64,000 bases of DNA from a virus (Duplodnaviria; Caudoviricetes). The stretch covers positions 32,001 through 96,000 of IMG/VR virus record IMGVR_UViG_2799112742_000018; one strand, 5' to 3'. Both the position numbers and the translations under genes were made by a program. Shown piece by piece: positions 39,850-49,075 of this stretch. Every line of letters begins with the position of its first letter. Position 1 is the stretch's first letter. The notes beneath the pieces are model-generated. The model was not told where the DNA came from. It was given only the letters and a program-made list of their open reading frames with translations, and did not search any database.

Positions 39850-40716
39850 ATGAAAGATATATTACTCGACATACAAGAACGCGATCTGATATTATCTAAT
39901 CAGAACAAATACATAAAGTTCAGAAGAGCTTCATGGGGTTCTGACGATAATGATTATTGTTATCTAAATATAGAACCTGAAGATAATGAAAATGTTGAGA
40001 ATGTATATACAGATACAGAAGAAAGACCTTCTTATGTGTTTGCAGATTCTTCGGTATATGTTCCGTTAGAGTCATCAAATATATATTTTACAGCAAAATA
40101 TCACCCTTCTGTATTAAAGGTAAAGATTGTTTTTGATGGTGTAGAATATCCAGTCAAGACTAAATTCTGGGATGGGCAGAAACGTGACGTAAAAGCCTGT
40201 CAATTTCCAATAATAAACATTTCTGGTAAATATATGATACAGATAGCGCAAGAAGAAGACGATGAAGCTCTATATGCCTATTTGTACAATGCTGATGAGC
40301 TTGATTTTACATCTAATGAATCTCAGGATCAAGAAGCACAATTGCTTGCTCTTTGTGCCCCAGGACAAAATTATAGATACCCAACAGTCGGGATTGACGT
40401 TTCTAAGTATGTTAATTCAGTACCTTCATTAACTGATTTGGGACAGAAAATTGTCAATGAATTTAGCAATGATGGTAAGGATGTCTATAATGCTGATTTT
40501 GATGCAGATACAGGCAATATAACGGTTGAATTTAATCAAGCAAATACCACACAAGATGTATCAGAAACATTAAATGTTGAGGATTATACTGAATCTGATT
40601 TGATAGATATGGCTGAGAAGATTGCGGTGGAAACAACCGAAATAAACAATAATGGAAATGATTTTCCACAGATAAACGACAATATTTCAAGAATCCAAAA
40701 ATACTTATTGATATGA
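39850..40716 (+). CDS. putative baseplate wedge protein (gp25-like C-terminus)
   Basis: MKDILLD and APGQNYRYPTVGI; position. Confidence 0.55.
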   Translation: MKDILLDIQERDLILSNQNKYIKFRRASWGSDDNDYCYLNIEPEDNENVENVYTDTEERPSYVFADSSVYVPLESSNIYFTAKYHPSVLKVKIVFDGVEYPVKTKFWDGQKRDVKACQFPIINISGKYMIQIAQEEDDEALYAYLYNADELDFTSNESQDQEAQLLALCAPGQNYRYPTVGIDVSKYVNSVPSLTDLGQKIVNEFSNDGKDVYNADFDADTGNITVEFNQANTTQDVSETLNVEDYTESDLIDMAEKIAVETTEINNNGNDFPQINDNISRIQKYLLI

Positions 40717-40943
40717 AACATATAGATCGAAATTCATTGAAGCATTTTACAGTATGTCTTCTGCTTTCATTGATAGGCACTTATGGGGTTGCAATAGCAA
40801 TAGGCGCTTCATTTACCAAAGAATATTATGATAAGAAAAGTTACGGCCATTGGTGCTGGGTTGACCTTTTCTTTGATGGATTGGGATGTGTTGTTGGTTA
40901 TGGCTTACATATTTTGGCAGCATATCTTATTTCTCTTTTGTAG
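40713..40943 (+). CDS. small membrane protein
   Basis: KHF...KEYYD...WCWVDL..DGLG pattern with hydrophobic helices. Confidence 0.65.
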   Translation: MKHIDRNSLKHFTVCLLLSLIGTYGVAIAIGASFTKEYYDKKSYGHWCWVDLFFDGLGCVVGYGLHILAAYLISLL

Positions 40944-40972
40944 GAAACGGTTTGTTCTCATATATAGTTTTT

Positions 40973-41002
40973 AGGGCGCAGTTAATAGCTGCGCTCTTTT
41001 TT
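40973..41002 (+). terminator. intrinsic terminator ending the tail operon
   Basis: AGGGCGCAG/CTGCGCTCT stem plus T-run. Confidence 0.7.
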
Positions 41003-41012
41003 ATGTCTTTAA

Positions 41013-41044
41013 TTAGGGCGTTGGACTTGATTGTATTATATTTG
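41013..41044 (+). promoter_or_regulatory. TTAGGGC-N17-TAnnTTTG promoter 1
   Basis: TTAGGGC at 41013 and TATATTTG at 41037. Confidence 0.65.
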
Positions 41045-41073
41045 TACTCAGTATTAATTAAAAACTTAACGGT

Positions 41074-41547
41074 ATGGATTATAGAACAATAATTGAAAAC
41101 GCCAGAAATAAAGGTGTTACGAGTGAAAAGGTGATGTGGTCAAGTATCGCAAGAATAGATGGTGTTTTAGACACTATCAAGGACGAGCATCCAGATTTGT
41201 ATTGGAATTTGCTTAGAGATACACACGAGGAGCTATATGGGCCACATTACGATAAGGAATTTGCTGAGTATGATGTTAATAGTATGCACTGTACGGATAA
41301 GGATGGCAAGCTTCGTCATGGAGCCTTCTGGACTTTAGATGAGATACTGGCAGCAACAAAGAATAAAACCTTCCCAGCAGAGACTACAAATTGGGACAAG
41401 TATGTCGCTTACAATGCCTGCGCAAATGACTTTGGTAAGGCTTTTGAAGATGAGGATGTTTTGGAGATTGCCTATATGTTCTTTTTTGATGATGAGGATG
41501 CCCCTTCTGGAAAAATCTGGAAATACATCAGGGCGATGATGTACTAA
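41074..41547 (+). CDS. hypothetical phage protein of unknown function
   Basis: GPHYDKEFAEYDV, NWDKYVAYN and FFDDEDAPSGKIWKY. Confidence 0.8.
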   Translation: MDYRTIIENARNKGVTSEKVMWSSIARIDGVLDTIKDEHPDLYWNLLRDTHEELYGPHYDKEFAEYDVNSMHCTDKDGKLRHGAFWTLDEILAATKNKTFPAETTNWDKYVAYNACANDFGKAFEDEDVLEIAYMFFFDDEDAPSGKIWKYIRAMMY

Positions 41548-41566
41548 GTGTATTGGTTGCTAACAT

Positions 41567-41593
41567 GCCGCTACCTTATGGTGGCGGCTTTTT
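41567..41593 (+). terminator. intrinsic terminator
   Basis: GCCGCTACC/GGTGGCGGC stem plus T5. Confidence 0.7.
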
Positions 41594-41674
41594 ACATAAA
41601 AGATATTAAAAATACATTGGTAAAGTGATGTTTTTCGATATTTCTTTGTATATTTGCACAATAAAACTTACACA

Positions 41675-42055
41675 ATGAACATAAACAATACATACAAAAA
41701 ATTTTTGCAACTAAAACTGATAACTAAATATGGTATATTTGGTTTGGCTTTTATTTCACTTTCATATTGTGTTTTGACATTCTTAGGGTATTATGTGCCC
41801 TGGATGTTCATAGTATTTTTCAGCTTTGCATTTGTATTGAGAATCATCCTTTCTAAAGCTTTTGGATTATGTTGGATTCATAGAAGCTGTATCTTATATA
41901 ACTATTGTGTTTCTATTTGCATAGTTACAAAACCAGAAACATTATATGCTATGTTAGGTATCGGCAAACAAACAATGGTAGGTATTTTTGCAATTATAGG
42001 TATAATAATATTTAGTCTTGTAATATGGAAAATAATAGCAAAGAAGAGTTGCTAA
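41675..42055 (+). CDS. four-TM membrane protein
   Basis: Hydrophobic segments around FGLCWIHR; TATATTTG box at 41649; likely ATG at 41675. Confidence 0.7.
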   Translation: MNINNTYKKFLQLKLITKYGIFGLAFISLSYCVLTFLGYYVPWMFIVFFSFAFVLRIILSKAFGLCWIHRSCILYNYCVSICIVTKPETLYAMLGIGKQTMVGIFAIIGIIIFSLVIWKIIAKKSC

Positions 42056-42351
42056 TGGAGCTTGCCGTTGTCAATATCATGATAACGGAAAACCCTTGCG
42101 GATTAAAAGAAAGTCTTTTTAATTCCTTAAAGGACGTTATTAAATCCATTATAGGCGCACATTGCATAAAAGGTGCAACGCGTGAACAGGTAGCCAAATA
42201 CTTTCAGCGTGACGTTAGGACATTATCGCATTGGAAGGATAAATACGATGATTTTCCAGAATGCAAGAAGGACTTTGCACACAATAAGACATACAATTGG
42301 ATGGATATTATTGAATGGAAATTAAAGCATAAAGAGATATGGGAATGTTAA
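42025..42351 (+). CDS. helix-turn-helix protein (excisionase/MerR-like)
   Basis: TREQVAKYFQRDVRTLSHW...FP...YNWMDIIEW. Confidence 0.7.
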   Translation: MENNSKEELLMELAVVNIMITENPCGLKESLFNSLKDVIKSIIGAHCIKGATREQVAKYFQRDVRTLSHWKDKYDDFPECKKDFAHNKTYNWMDIIEWKLKHKEIWEC

Positions 42352-42496
42352 TCGTTCCCATATTTTTATTTCCTAAATTCAGGATATTTTTAAGATTACT
42401 AAAAATTTTTTATTGCCTATTTTTTATTTTTATCTTTTATATATAAAAACTGGTGACACAATATCATTTATAATCCATGAAAAACCATTTCCCTTT

Positions 42497-42528
42497 TTAG
42501 GGCACTCTCTCATTCAGTAGTACTTTTG
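42497..42528 (+). promoter_or_regulatory. TTAGGGC-N17-TAnnTTTG promoter 2
   Basis: TTAGGGC at 42497 and TACTTTTG at 42521. Confidence 0.65.
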
Positions 42529-42532
42529 CCTA

Positions 42533-42766
42533 CGATATTCTGTCACAGAGAGATAACTTCCAGGTGAAGCCCAAGGCTTAGAGTTTGCCTCAATCTATAT
42601 ACATAGGGATAAGCAGATCAGCCGAAGATAGGTAGGGGGCATCGTCAGGAGTAAGGTGAACGGTATGTGGCAGTTAGTAGTGTTGCAGGGCATTAAATCA
42701 TCTTAGCTGATGTAACTACATATCAAATAGGGTAGGTAAGAGTGTGCTTTTGCCTACCCATATTTT
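42533..42766 (+). ncRNA. candidate ~230-nt structured small RNA
   Basis: Lies between promoter 2 and a 13-bp terminator hairpin (42730-42759); no long ORF; several stems. Confidence 0.5.
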
Positions 42767-42779
42767 ATCAATTCCAATA

Positions 42780-42811
42780 TTAGGGCATTGTCATTTCATA
42801 AAGTATCTTTG
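42780..42811 (+). promoter_or_regulatory. TTAGGGC-N17-TAnnTTTG promoter 3
   Basis: TTAGGGC at 42780 and TATCTTTG at 42804. Confidence 0.65.
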
Positions 42812-42853
42812 TGGCAATTCCAATATCGGAAGAAACTCTAAAAACTTATCTTT

Positions 42854-43780
42854 ATGGCATTAGAAGTAGAAACTCCAGAGAAAATCTATTGTTGCGGAGG
42901 TGACAATAACAATGCTCTGATGACCGCTATGATGGCCAATGGCGGTGGTGTAAATGGTATGTGGAACAATCCTTGGGCTTACATGATGATGATGTACGTC
43001 ATGAAGAACATGAACGGTAATGGTCAGAATGGTACTGAGGTGGGTGTTGACTACAATAGTCGCGCTCTTGCAACACTTCAGGATACCGTTAATCAGAATC
43101 AGCTCAACAGCACCGTCCTTGCTGCAATTAACAACAATCAGGATGCGGTTCGTGAGCTTGCTGGTATCTTCCACACTGACATCAGTACTATCCAGCAAGG
43201 TATTGGCTTCATCAATTCATCTATCCAGCAAGTTGGTGGTCAGATTGGCCTTGGTATCGAGTCTGTTAAGAATGCTGTTGCTCTTGGTGACAATGCTGTT
43301 ATTCGCCAGCTTTGTGATTGCTGTTGCTCTATGAAGACAATGGTAATGGAAGGCTTCAATGATACTCAGCGTTCTATTCTTGAGGGCTTCAATGGAACAC
43401 AGCGTGAAATCCTGAACGGTACATATCAGGAGCAGCTTGCAACTGAGAGACAGACCAATATTCTTGGTTCTAAGATTGACATGAACCATGCAGCAGAGCA
43501 GTTACAGACATGTCAGTCCGTAAACGCTCTCCAGTCTCAACTTTCTCAGATGTATAGCGGATTGCAGGCAAGCATGACCAATCTTGGTTTCCAGACTGAG
43601 AAGAATACTGCCGCTATCGTTCAGAACAATACCGCACAGACACAGCGTATTCTTGATTCTATTTGTGAGCAGACAACCCAGTCACTTAGGGATAAGCTTG
43701 CTGACAAGGATAGGGAGATCCAGACACAAACCATTCTTGCACAGCTTAAAAGTTCAACGACTGCCGCAGTAGCTGGTTAG
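42854..43780 (+). CDS. Gln/Asn-rich coiled-coil protein with CDCCC motif, function unknown
   Basis: G/N/M-rich N-terminus, NNPWAYMMMM, QLCDCCC and an 11-aa tandem repeat. Confidence 0.85.
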   Translation: MALEVETPEKIYCCGGDNNNALMTAMMANGGGVNGMWNNPWAYMMMMYVMKNMNGNGQNGTEVGVDYNSRALATLQDTVNQNQLNSTVLAAINNNQDAVRELAGIFHTDISTIQQGIGFINSSIQQVGGQIGLGIESVKNAVALGDNAVIRQLCDCCCSMKTMVMEGFNDTQRSILEGFNGTQREILNGTYQEQLATERQTNILGSKIDMNHAAEQLQTCQSVNALQSQLSQMYSGLQASMTNLGFQTEKNTAAIVQNNTAQTQRILDSICEQTTQSLRDKLADKDREIQTQTILAQLKSSTTAAVAG

Positions 43781-43793
43781 TTTTGTCATTACT

Positions 43794-43837
43794 TGAGGGT
43801 TGGTGCGGTATTTTTATCGCATTAAACCCTCATTTTT
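43794..43837 (+). terminator. intrinsic terminator
   Basis: TGAGGGTT...AACCCTCA long hairpin plus T5. Confidence 0.7.
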
Positions 43838-43876
43838 GTAAGTTTTCTGCAAAAATCACACTTTAACGCATAAAAT

Positions 43877-44320
43877 ATGAATTTTAGAGAACTGAAACAA
43901 GGGAATGAGCTGTTTATAATGAACAGAGACACTATGGAGGTAAAGCGTGGAAACATAACACATGTTTCAGCACCACACATAGATACAAAAATAAACATGA
44001 CACCTCAGCAAGTTGTTGATGTCACCGCATTGGTTGATGGAAAAGGAATAACCTATGTTGCACCTGAAGGATCATCAGTAACATATTGTGGATCTCTGGT
44101 TATAAGTTGCTCAAAGGAATATATTCTAAATGAGGCTAAGGCTATAAAGTCTCAATGTGAACAGCTATTATCTTCTATTGATGATACAAGATCCAAACTT
44201 GAAAAGTGCAATAAGACAATCTCAGAACTTGACGATGTGTTTAGAGAAAGACAAGAAAATGATGCCAGACTTTCCAAACTTGAAAGTATGATGCAGTCTT
44301 TATTAGATAAACTTACATAG
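43877..44320 (+). CDS. hypothetical protein with beta-rich N-terminus and coiled-coil C-terminus
   Basis: MNFRELKQG...VSAPH...VVDV; C-terminal heptads. Confidence 0.8.
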   Translation: MNFRELKQGNELFIMNRDTMEVKRGNITHVSAPHIDTKINMTPQQVVDVTALVDGKGITYVAPEGSSVTYCGSLVISCSKEYILNEAKAIKSQCEQLLSSIDDTRSKLEKCNKTISELDDVFRERQENDARLSKLESMMQSLLDKLT

Positions 44321-44326
44321 TCTTAT

Positions 44327-44355
44327 AAGGGTGATAATTTATTTTATCACCCTTT
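44327..44355 (+). terminator. intrinsic terminator
   Basis: AAGGGTGATAA/TTATCACCCTT stem. Confidence 0.65.
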
Positions 44356-44412
44356 ATTGTTGTCTATAGTTACCAAAATAATCTAATATTAATAAAAACA
44401 ACATAAAATATT

Positions 44413-45336
44413 ATGGCACAGGAAAAACAACTTAGCACCATAACTGAAGGTAAGGGGGCTATACCATTTTCTCCTAAAGTCAATACATCAACAGTGTATG
44501 ATGAAAATGGACAGCCGCTAAATGTTGTTCTTCGATCCGTTGATGGTAAATTCAAAGAGTGTTCTCATTCAATAGGAGAACAAAGAGAAAAAACTGAAGG
44601 ATTGCAAGATACTATCAATGAAGCGGCTCTACACAATGGAGAAGTGCAAGCTGCTGTATTGGTTAATATTGCTTCAGGAACAGGACTTACAGCAGTTAAT
44701 GCTCAACAGGCTTTTGCGGAAATAGCAAGAGAAATATACCCAGTACAGGTAACTATTGCTGAAAGTAATGCTGGAACTTTTGAGATAGGTACTCGTAAAA
44801 CCCCACACATTGTTCTTAGTATTTTAAGAAATGGGACTGATGTGTCATCCTTAGCCGACACCACATCTTCACAAGGCGAAGTTCAATCCGACCATAAGAC
44901 GATTATTGGTTCTGAAATCACAAGTGGAACAACTACATTCCAGATTTCTGTTTCGCAAGGTGGTCAGACAGTCGATGCTCCTAATCAAGTATTCGACTTT
45001 ATGAATTATCGTTATTATGGTGTAATTAATAGCACAACCGAGCCGACAAAGGCACAGGTAAAGACATTGTGTGAAAATGGCACCTTGACTAAGCAATTAA
45101 GTCGTTCTACCAAAATGTCGGCAACTGATCTCGCAGCCAATAAATGCTATGTGTTTGTAGTTCCAAATACAAATATTAATCTCATAGTCAAAAATGCGAA
45201 ATCGGGCAATCCTATAAGTGGATGCACAGTTGATACGGTTACTATCAATCGAGTTAATGGCACTGGTACGGTAAGCTGCAAATATGTAATCGTTCCTTAT
45301 GGTGCTGCCGCATGGACATTTGAGATAACTAATTAA
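44413..45336 (+). CDS. putative virion accessory protein with Ig-like C-terminal part
   Basis: Thr/Ser-rich beta region resembling 50654-51319; late-motif variant at 44383. Confidence 0.65.
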   Translation: MAQEKQLSTITEGKGAIPFSPKVNTSTVYDENGQPLNVVLRSVDGKFKECSHSIGEQREKTEGLQDTINEAALHNGEVQAAVLVNIASGTGLTAVNAQQAFAEIAREIYPVQVTIAESNAGTFEIGTRKTPHIVLSILRNGTDVSSLADTTSSQGEVQSDHKTIIGSEITSGTTTFQISVSQGGQTVDAPNQVFDFMNYRYYGVINSTTEPTKAQVKTLCENGTLTKQLSRSTKMSATDLAANKCYVFVVPNTNINLIVKNAKSGNPISGCTVDTVTINRVNGTGTVSCKYVIVPYGAAAWTFEITN

Positions 45337-45347
45337 ATTAGACGGTT

Positions 45348-45689
45348 ATGGCAACAAAGAAAGAACAAGTGGCCTTTGAGTTAGAAAATCCTGGTGGATT
45401 TGTTACTCAAGCAAGTCAAATAGGCATGGATGGTAAACCCATCAATCAGCAAATAACTGGTAGAGACACTAAGGTTAATTATAATTCTGGCAGTATTGAG
45501 AGTAAATTAAATGCCATGATTGATTGTATGCAGTTAATGATACAAGGTGTTGTGTTTCATTCTGGCACCCCTTTTGTGTCACCAGCAGAACTTAATGATC
45601 ATCTCGAATTGTTGAGAATATCAAGCAGTTCAACTACAGCTAAGTGCGGTCAAGCAATTTGTGGTCAAGCAATATGTGGAACTAATTAA
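45348..45689 (+). CDS. hypothetical protein with C-terminal CGQAI repeats
   Basis: Ends in TAKCGQAICGQAICGTN. Confidence 0.7.
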   Translation: MATKKEQVAFELENPGGFVTQASQIGMDGKPINQQITGRDTKVNYNSGSIESKLNAMIDCMQLMIQGVVFHSGTPFVSPAELNDHLELLRISSSSTTAKCGQAICGQAICGTN

Positions 45690-45702
45690 AAAATAAGAAG
45701 AT

Positions 45703-47235
45703 ATGGCAAATATTCCAAAATTAAACTATTCGTTTACCGACAATCAAACAACGATTTCGGCTGAACACTTGAATGCTTTTGTTAATAGGATTAACTTGTT
45801 GATTGATGCGGTAGGTGAACAACCTGTTCCTACACAGACGGTTGCAACACCTACTATTTCTATAAGTGGCACAACCGCAACAATCAGTTGCTCTACAAGC
45901 GGTGCAACTATATATTACACAACTAATGGTAATACACCAACAACAAGTAGCACTCAATATAGTAGCCCTATTACATTGTCTGGTGCCTGCACAATTAAAG
46001 CTATCGCGGTTAAGAGTGGAATGAGCAATTCATCTGTTGCAAGTCAAAGCTACACACCATCCGTTGTGGCTGCGCCTGTGATAAGTATTAGCGGTAATTC
46101 TGCAACTATAACTTGCGCGACATCGGGTGCAACTATACATTACACATTAGATGGAACTACACCGACAGCAAGCAGCGCTCAATACAGCAGTCCTATCACG
46201 TTATCGGATGCTTGCACAATCAAAGCTATTGCGATGAAGAGTGGCATGACAAATTCATCTGTTGTAAGCCAGTCTTATTCGCCACCAGTAGCTCAGTATA
46301 TCACATTTACAGATTCGGCAGTCAAGGCTATTCTCGTTGCGGATGCAACCATTAATACGAGTGGTGACAGCGAAATTTCCTTTGAAGAGGCAGCAGCAGC
46401 AGAAGCATTGCCATCAGCGTTGAAGAACAATACAACTATCACTTCATTCAATGAGTTGGAAAACTTCACAGGCTTGACCTACATTTCCTCTGAACAATTT
46501 AAGGGAGACAGCAATCTTGCAAGTATCAAATTCCCTTCTACTATAACGGATATTAGAGGCTTGGCATTTACGGATTGCACAGAACTTGGTAGTATCACAT
46601 TACCTCCTAATCTAACGACATTAGGTAGCAATGTTTTCAAGAATTGCACCAAAGTCAACTTCTCATCTATACCAAACGGAGTGACAGAAATAGGTACTGC
46701 CACATTCTATGGTTGTACTGCTTTGGCACTATCCTCACTGCCGACAGGCTTGACGAGCATTGGTAGCCAAGCGTTCTATAATTGTGGAAATATCACTTGT
46801 AACACATTGCCAAGTACACTGACTTCAATCGCAGGTTCGGCATTCTATAATTGCACCAAAGTAACATTCAGCTCATTACCATCGGGAATTACGTCAATCG
46901 CCAATCTTACATTCTATGGTTGCAAACTTATCACTATATCCGCTATACCAAGCGGTGTAACATCAATTGGTGATAATGCTTTCAGAGGTTGCACAGGCTT
47001 GACTACTATGGAAATACCATCCACAGTTACGTCATTAGGAACTAAGGTATTTAATGGTTGCACTAATCTTGCTAAGGTTAAGATGCCAGCAACACCGCCT
47101 ACAATAGTAGATGATACTTTCCCATCTACAACGGTATTTTACGTTCCTGATGCAACTGCTCAAGCAGCTTATGCAGCAGCAAGTGTATGGAGTGGCATAG
47201 AATCAAGTAGAATTAAATTGTGGTCTGAATGGTAA
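45703..47235 (+). CDS. Fn3/chitobiase-C-like tandem domains plus BspA-type leucine-rich repeats
   Basis: Two copies of ATI(Y/H)YTxxGxTPT..S..YSSPITL and many LPxxLTxIGxxAFYxC repeats. Confidence 0.88.
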   Translation: MANIPKLNYSFTDNQTTISAEHLNAFVNRINLLIDAVGEQPVPTQTVATPTISISGTTATISCSTSGATIYYTTNGNTPTTSSTQYSSPITLSGACTIKAIAVKSGMSNSSVASQSYTPSVVAAPVISISGNSATITCATSGATIHYTLDGTTPTASSAQYSSPITLSDACTIKAIAMKSGMTNSSVVSQSYSPPVAQYITFTDSAVKAILVADATINTSGDSEISFEEAAAAEALPSALKNNTTITSFNELENFTGLTYISSEQFKGDSNLASIKFPSTITDIRGLAFTDCTELGSITLPPNLTTLGSNVFKNCTKVNFSSIPNGVTEIGTATFYGCTALALSSLPTGLTSIGSQAFYNCGNITCNTLPSTLTSIAGSAFYNCTKVTFSSLPSGITSIANLTFYGCKLITISAIPSGVTSIGDNAFRGCTGLTTMEIPSTVTSLGTKVFNGCTNLAKVKMPATPPTIVDDTFPSTTVFYVPDATAQAAYAAASVWSGIESSRIKLWSEW

Positions 47236-47254
47236 TTCCTAAAGATAGATAATT

Positions 47255-49075
47255 ATGGCAGACAATATTTATAGAAGTGATGGCACACCTTTACAGTTAC
47301 CCCAAGTCAATGTCAATCCGATATTGACTGAGGGTACTCCTATCGCCTCTATTAATGGTAAGGTGTTGTACGCCCCAAGTGACGGTGGAGGTGGTGAGCC
47401 TGTAGTGGTTGAAACTGTATATACTCTTGCAGATATTGCCGTAGAAGGCTCTAAGACAGGTTACTACGTACATACTGATGGAAGAATACTATCAGCAGCT
47501 AACTGTATTGTAACTAAACCATTCCTACTTAAAGTTGGTGATGTTATCACCTGTTCAACTGGAGGTACAGGTATTTCCGTTTTGTCTATGTCTAACAGCA
47601 TTACAGGCAATAGAGTAGATTCAGTCGTAGCTGCAACAACATCATTCTTAGGCACAATCGAAACAGAAGGGTATTATGTATTTAGTGGACGCATTAATAG
47701 ACAAGATGATACAAATCTTGTAGTTGAGGTGCATCGCTATACCACAGACAATCCTTTGGAAGAGCTTGAAGAAAGGGTAGATGTACTCGAACATAAAGTT
47801 AATGGAATATCTGGTGCATCATCAGCCCTTTCTCTCGGTGTCCTCAATTACATGGATGAGATACCGTCCTATTGGTTTGGTTCTGGGTATGGCAATGGAA
47901 TGTGGTACGATACCTATTTGGAGAATAAGATTCATTCTGTACCGCAAGGCAAGCATTTCATTTTCATCACAGACGTACATTACACCTTGAACAAGAAACA
48001 TTCAGCAGCACTCCTCGACTATATTAGGCGAAGAATGAACATCAAGACTATAATTCATGGTGGTGATGTAGAGAACGAGGCAACAACTAAAGAAGCGGCT
48101 GCAAAACAATGGCTTGATTTCAATGAGGATTATGTGTTCAGAATTGGTTCTGACTTCAAGCAAGTATGCGGAGACCATGACCACAATGCAAGTTCAGGAC
48201 ATGAGCCTCTTCCTTATGAGTTCGTACAGGAAGCGATGAACGGATATAATATTAATGAGCTTCATTACGATACCTTGTATGATGAAAGGATTGCCACTTA
48301 TGGTTGGTCAGCAAGTGAAATGGCCGAGTACGAAGCATGGAAGAAAATGCACTACTATTATGACGATACCACTATCTCTACAAGGTTCATAGTTCTACAT
48401 ACTGGTTGGCCAGGCGATGTAGGATTAATATACACAAAGATAGGTGAGGGCGCTCAGTCTGAAACAGGTGCGCCATACTTGCAAATGGATTTCTTGTATC
48501 ATGCACTTATGACTGTACCAAATGGATATAATGTTGTGGTGTGTGGACATAATGTAATAGGTAATAAATATTACAGGGTAGATGAGCAAACTATGTATAA
48601 CCTAACTGAGCCTGTCTGGAAGGGTTCATGGCAACAGGTTTCAAAAATGCTCAGAGCATTTATCCATAAGACTGTTTCACCATCTATAACATATCGAGAT
48701 TGGGATGGAACTGCCACCAAAACGAAGGTATATGATTACAGCGAAGCTCCAACCGCTAACATCGTATTCTGTATAGGTGGCGATGTGCATTGGGATATTA
48801 TGGCTAAAGCACAGACATCATTAGAAACATTGGCAAATGTAACTAATGGAAGTTCAATCAGTAAGACTGAGGATATTGCTCATATTGTTGTAATGACTGA
48901 CGGAGCAGATCGAGGCTACAAGAGCTATCCAAATGGAGATGCTATATGCCCATCCGCAACAGCAGGAACATTGGATGAACAGGCATTTGACATAGTTACA
49001 CTTAATGATAAGGGTATATTCTTTACAAGAATAGGCTGTGGTTCTGACAGAAGTATTTTATTCTCTAATAGTTAA
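47255..49075 (+). CDS. calcineurin-like metallophosphoesterase domain protein
   Basis: FIFITDVH, HGGD, GDHDHN, VCGH and GGDVH; C-terminal AFDIV...TRIGCG. Confidence 0.75.
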   Translation: MADNIYRSDGTPLQLPQVNVNPILTEGTPIASINGKVLYAPSDGGGGEPVVVETVYTLADIAVEGSKTGYYVHTDGRILSAANCIVTKPFLLKVGDVITCSTGGTGISVLSMSNSITGNRVDSVVAATTSFLGTIETEGYYVFSGRINRQDDTNLVVEVHRYTTDNPLEELEERVDVLEHKVNGISGASSALSLGVLNYMDEIPSYWFGSGYGNGMWYDTYLENKIHSVPQGKHFIFITDVHYTLNKKHSAALLDYIRRRMNIKTIIHGGDVENEATTKEAAAKQWLDFNEDYVFRIGSDFKQVCGDHDHNASSGHEPLPYEFVQEAMNGYNINELHYDTLYDERIATYGWSASEMAEYEAWKKMHYYYDDTTISTRFIVLHTGWPGDVGLIYTKIGEGAQSETGAPYLQMDFLYHALMTVPNGYNVVVCGHNVIGNKYYRVDEQTMYNLTEPVWKGSWQQVSKMLRAFIHKTVSPSITYRDWDGTATKTKVYDYSEAPTANIVFCIGGDVHWDIMAKAQTSLETLANVTNGSSISKTEDIAHIVVMTDGADRGYKSYPNGDAICPSATAGTLDEQAFDIVTLNDKGIFFTRIGCGSDRSILFSNS

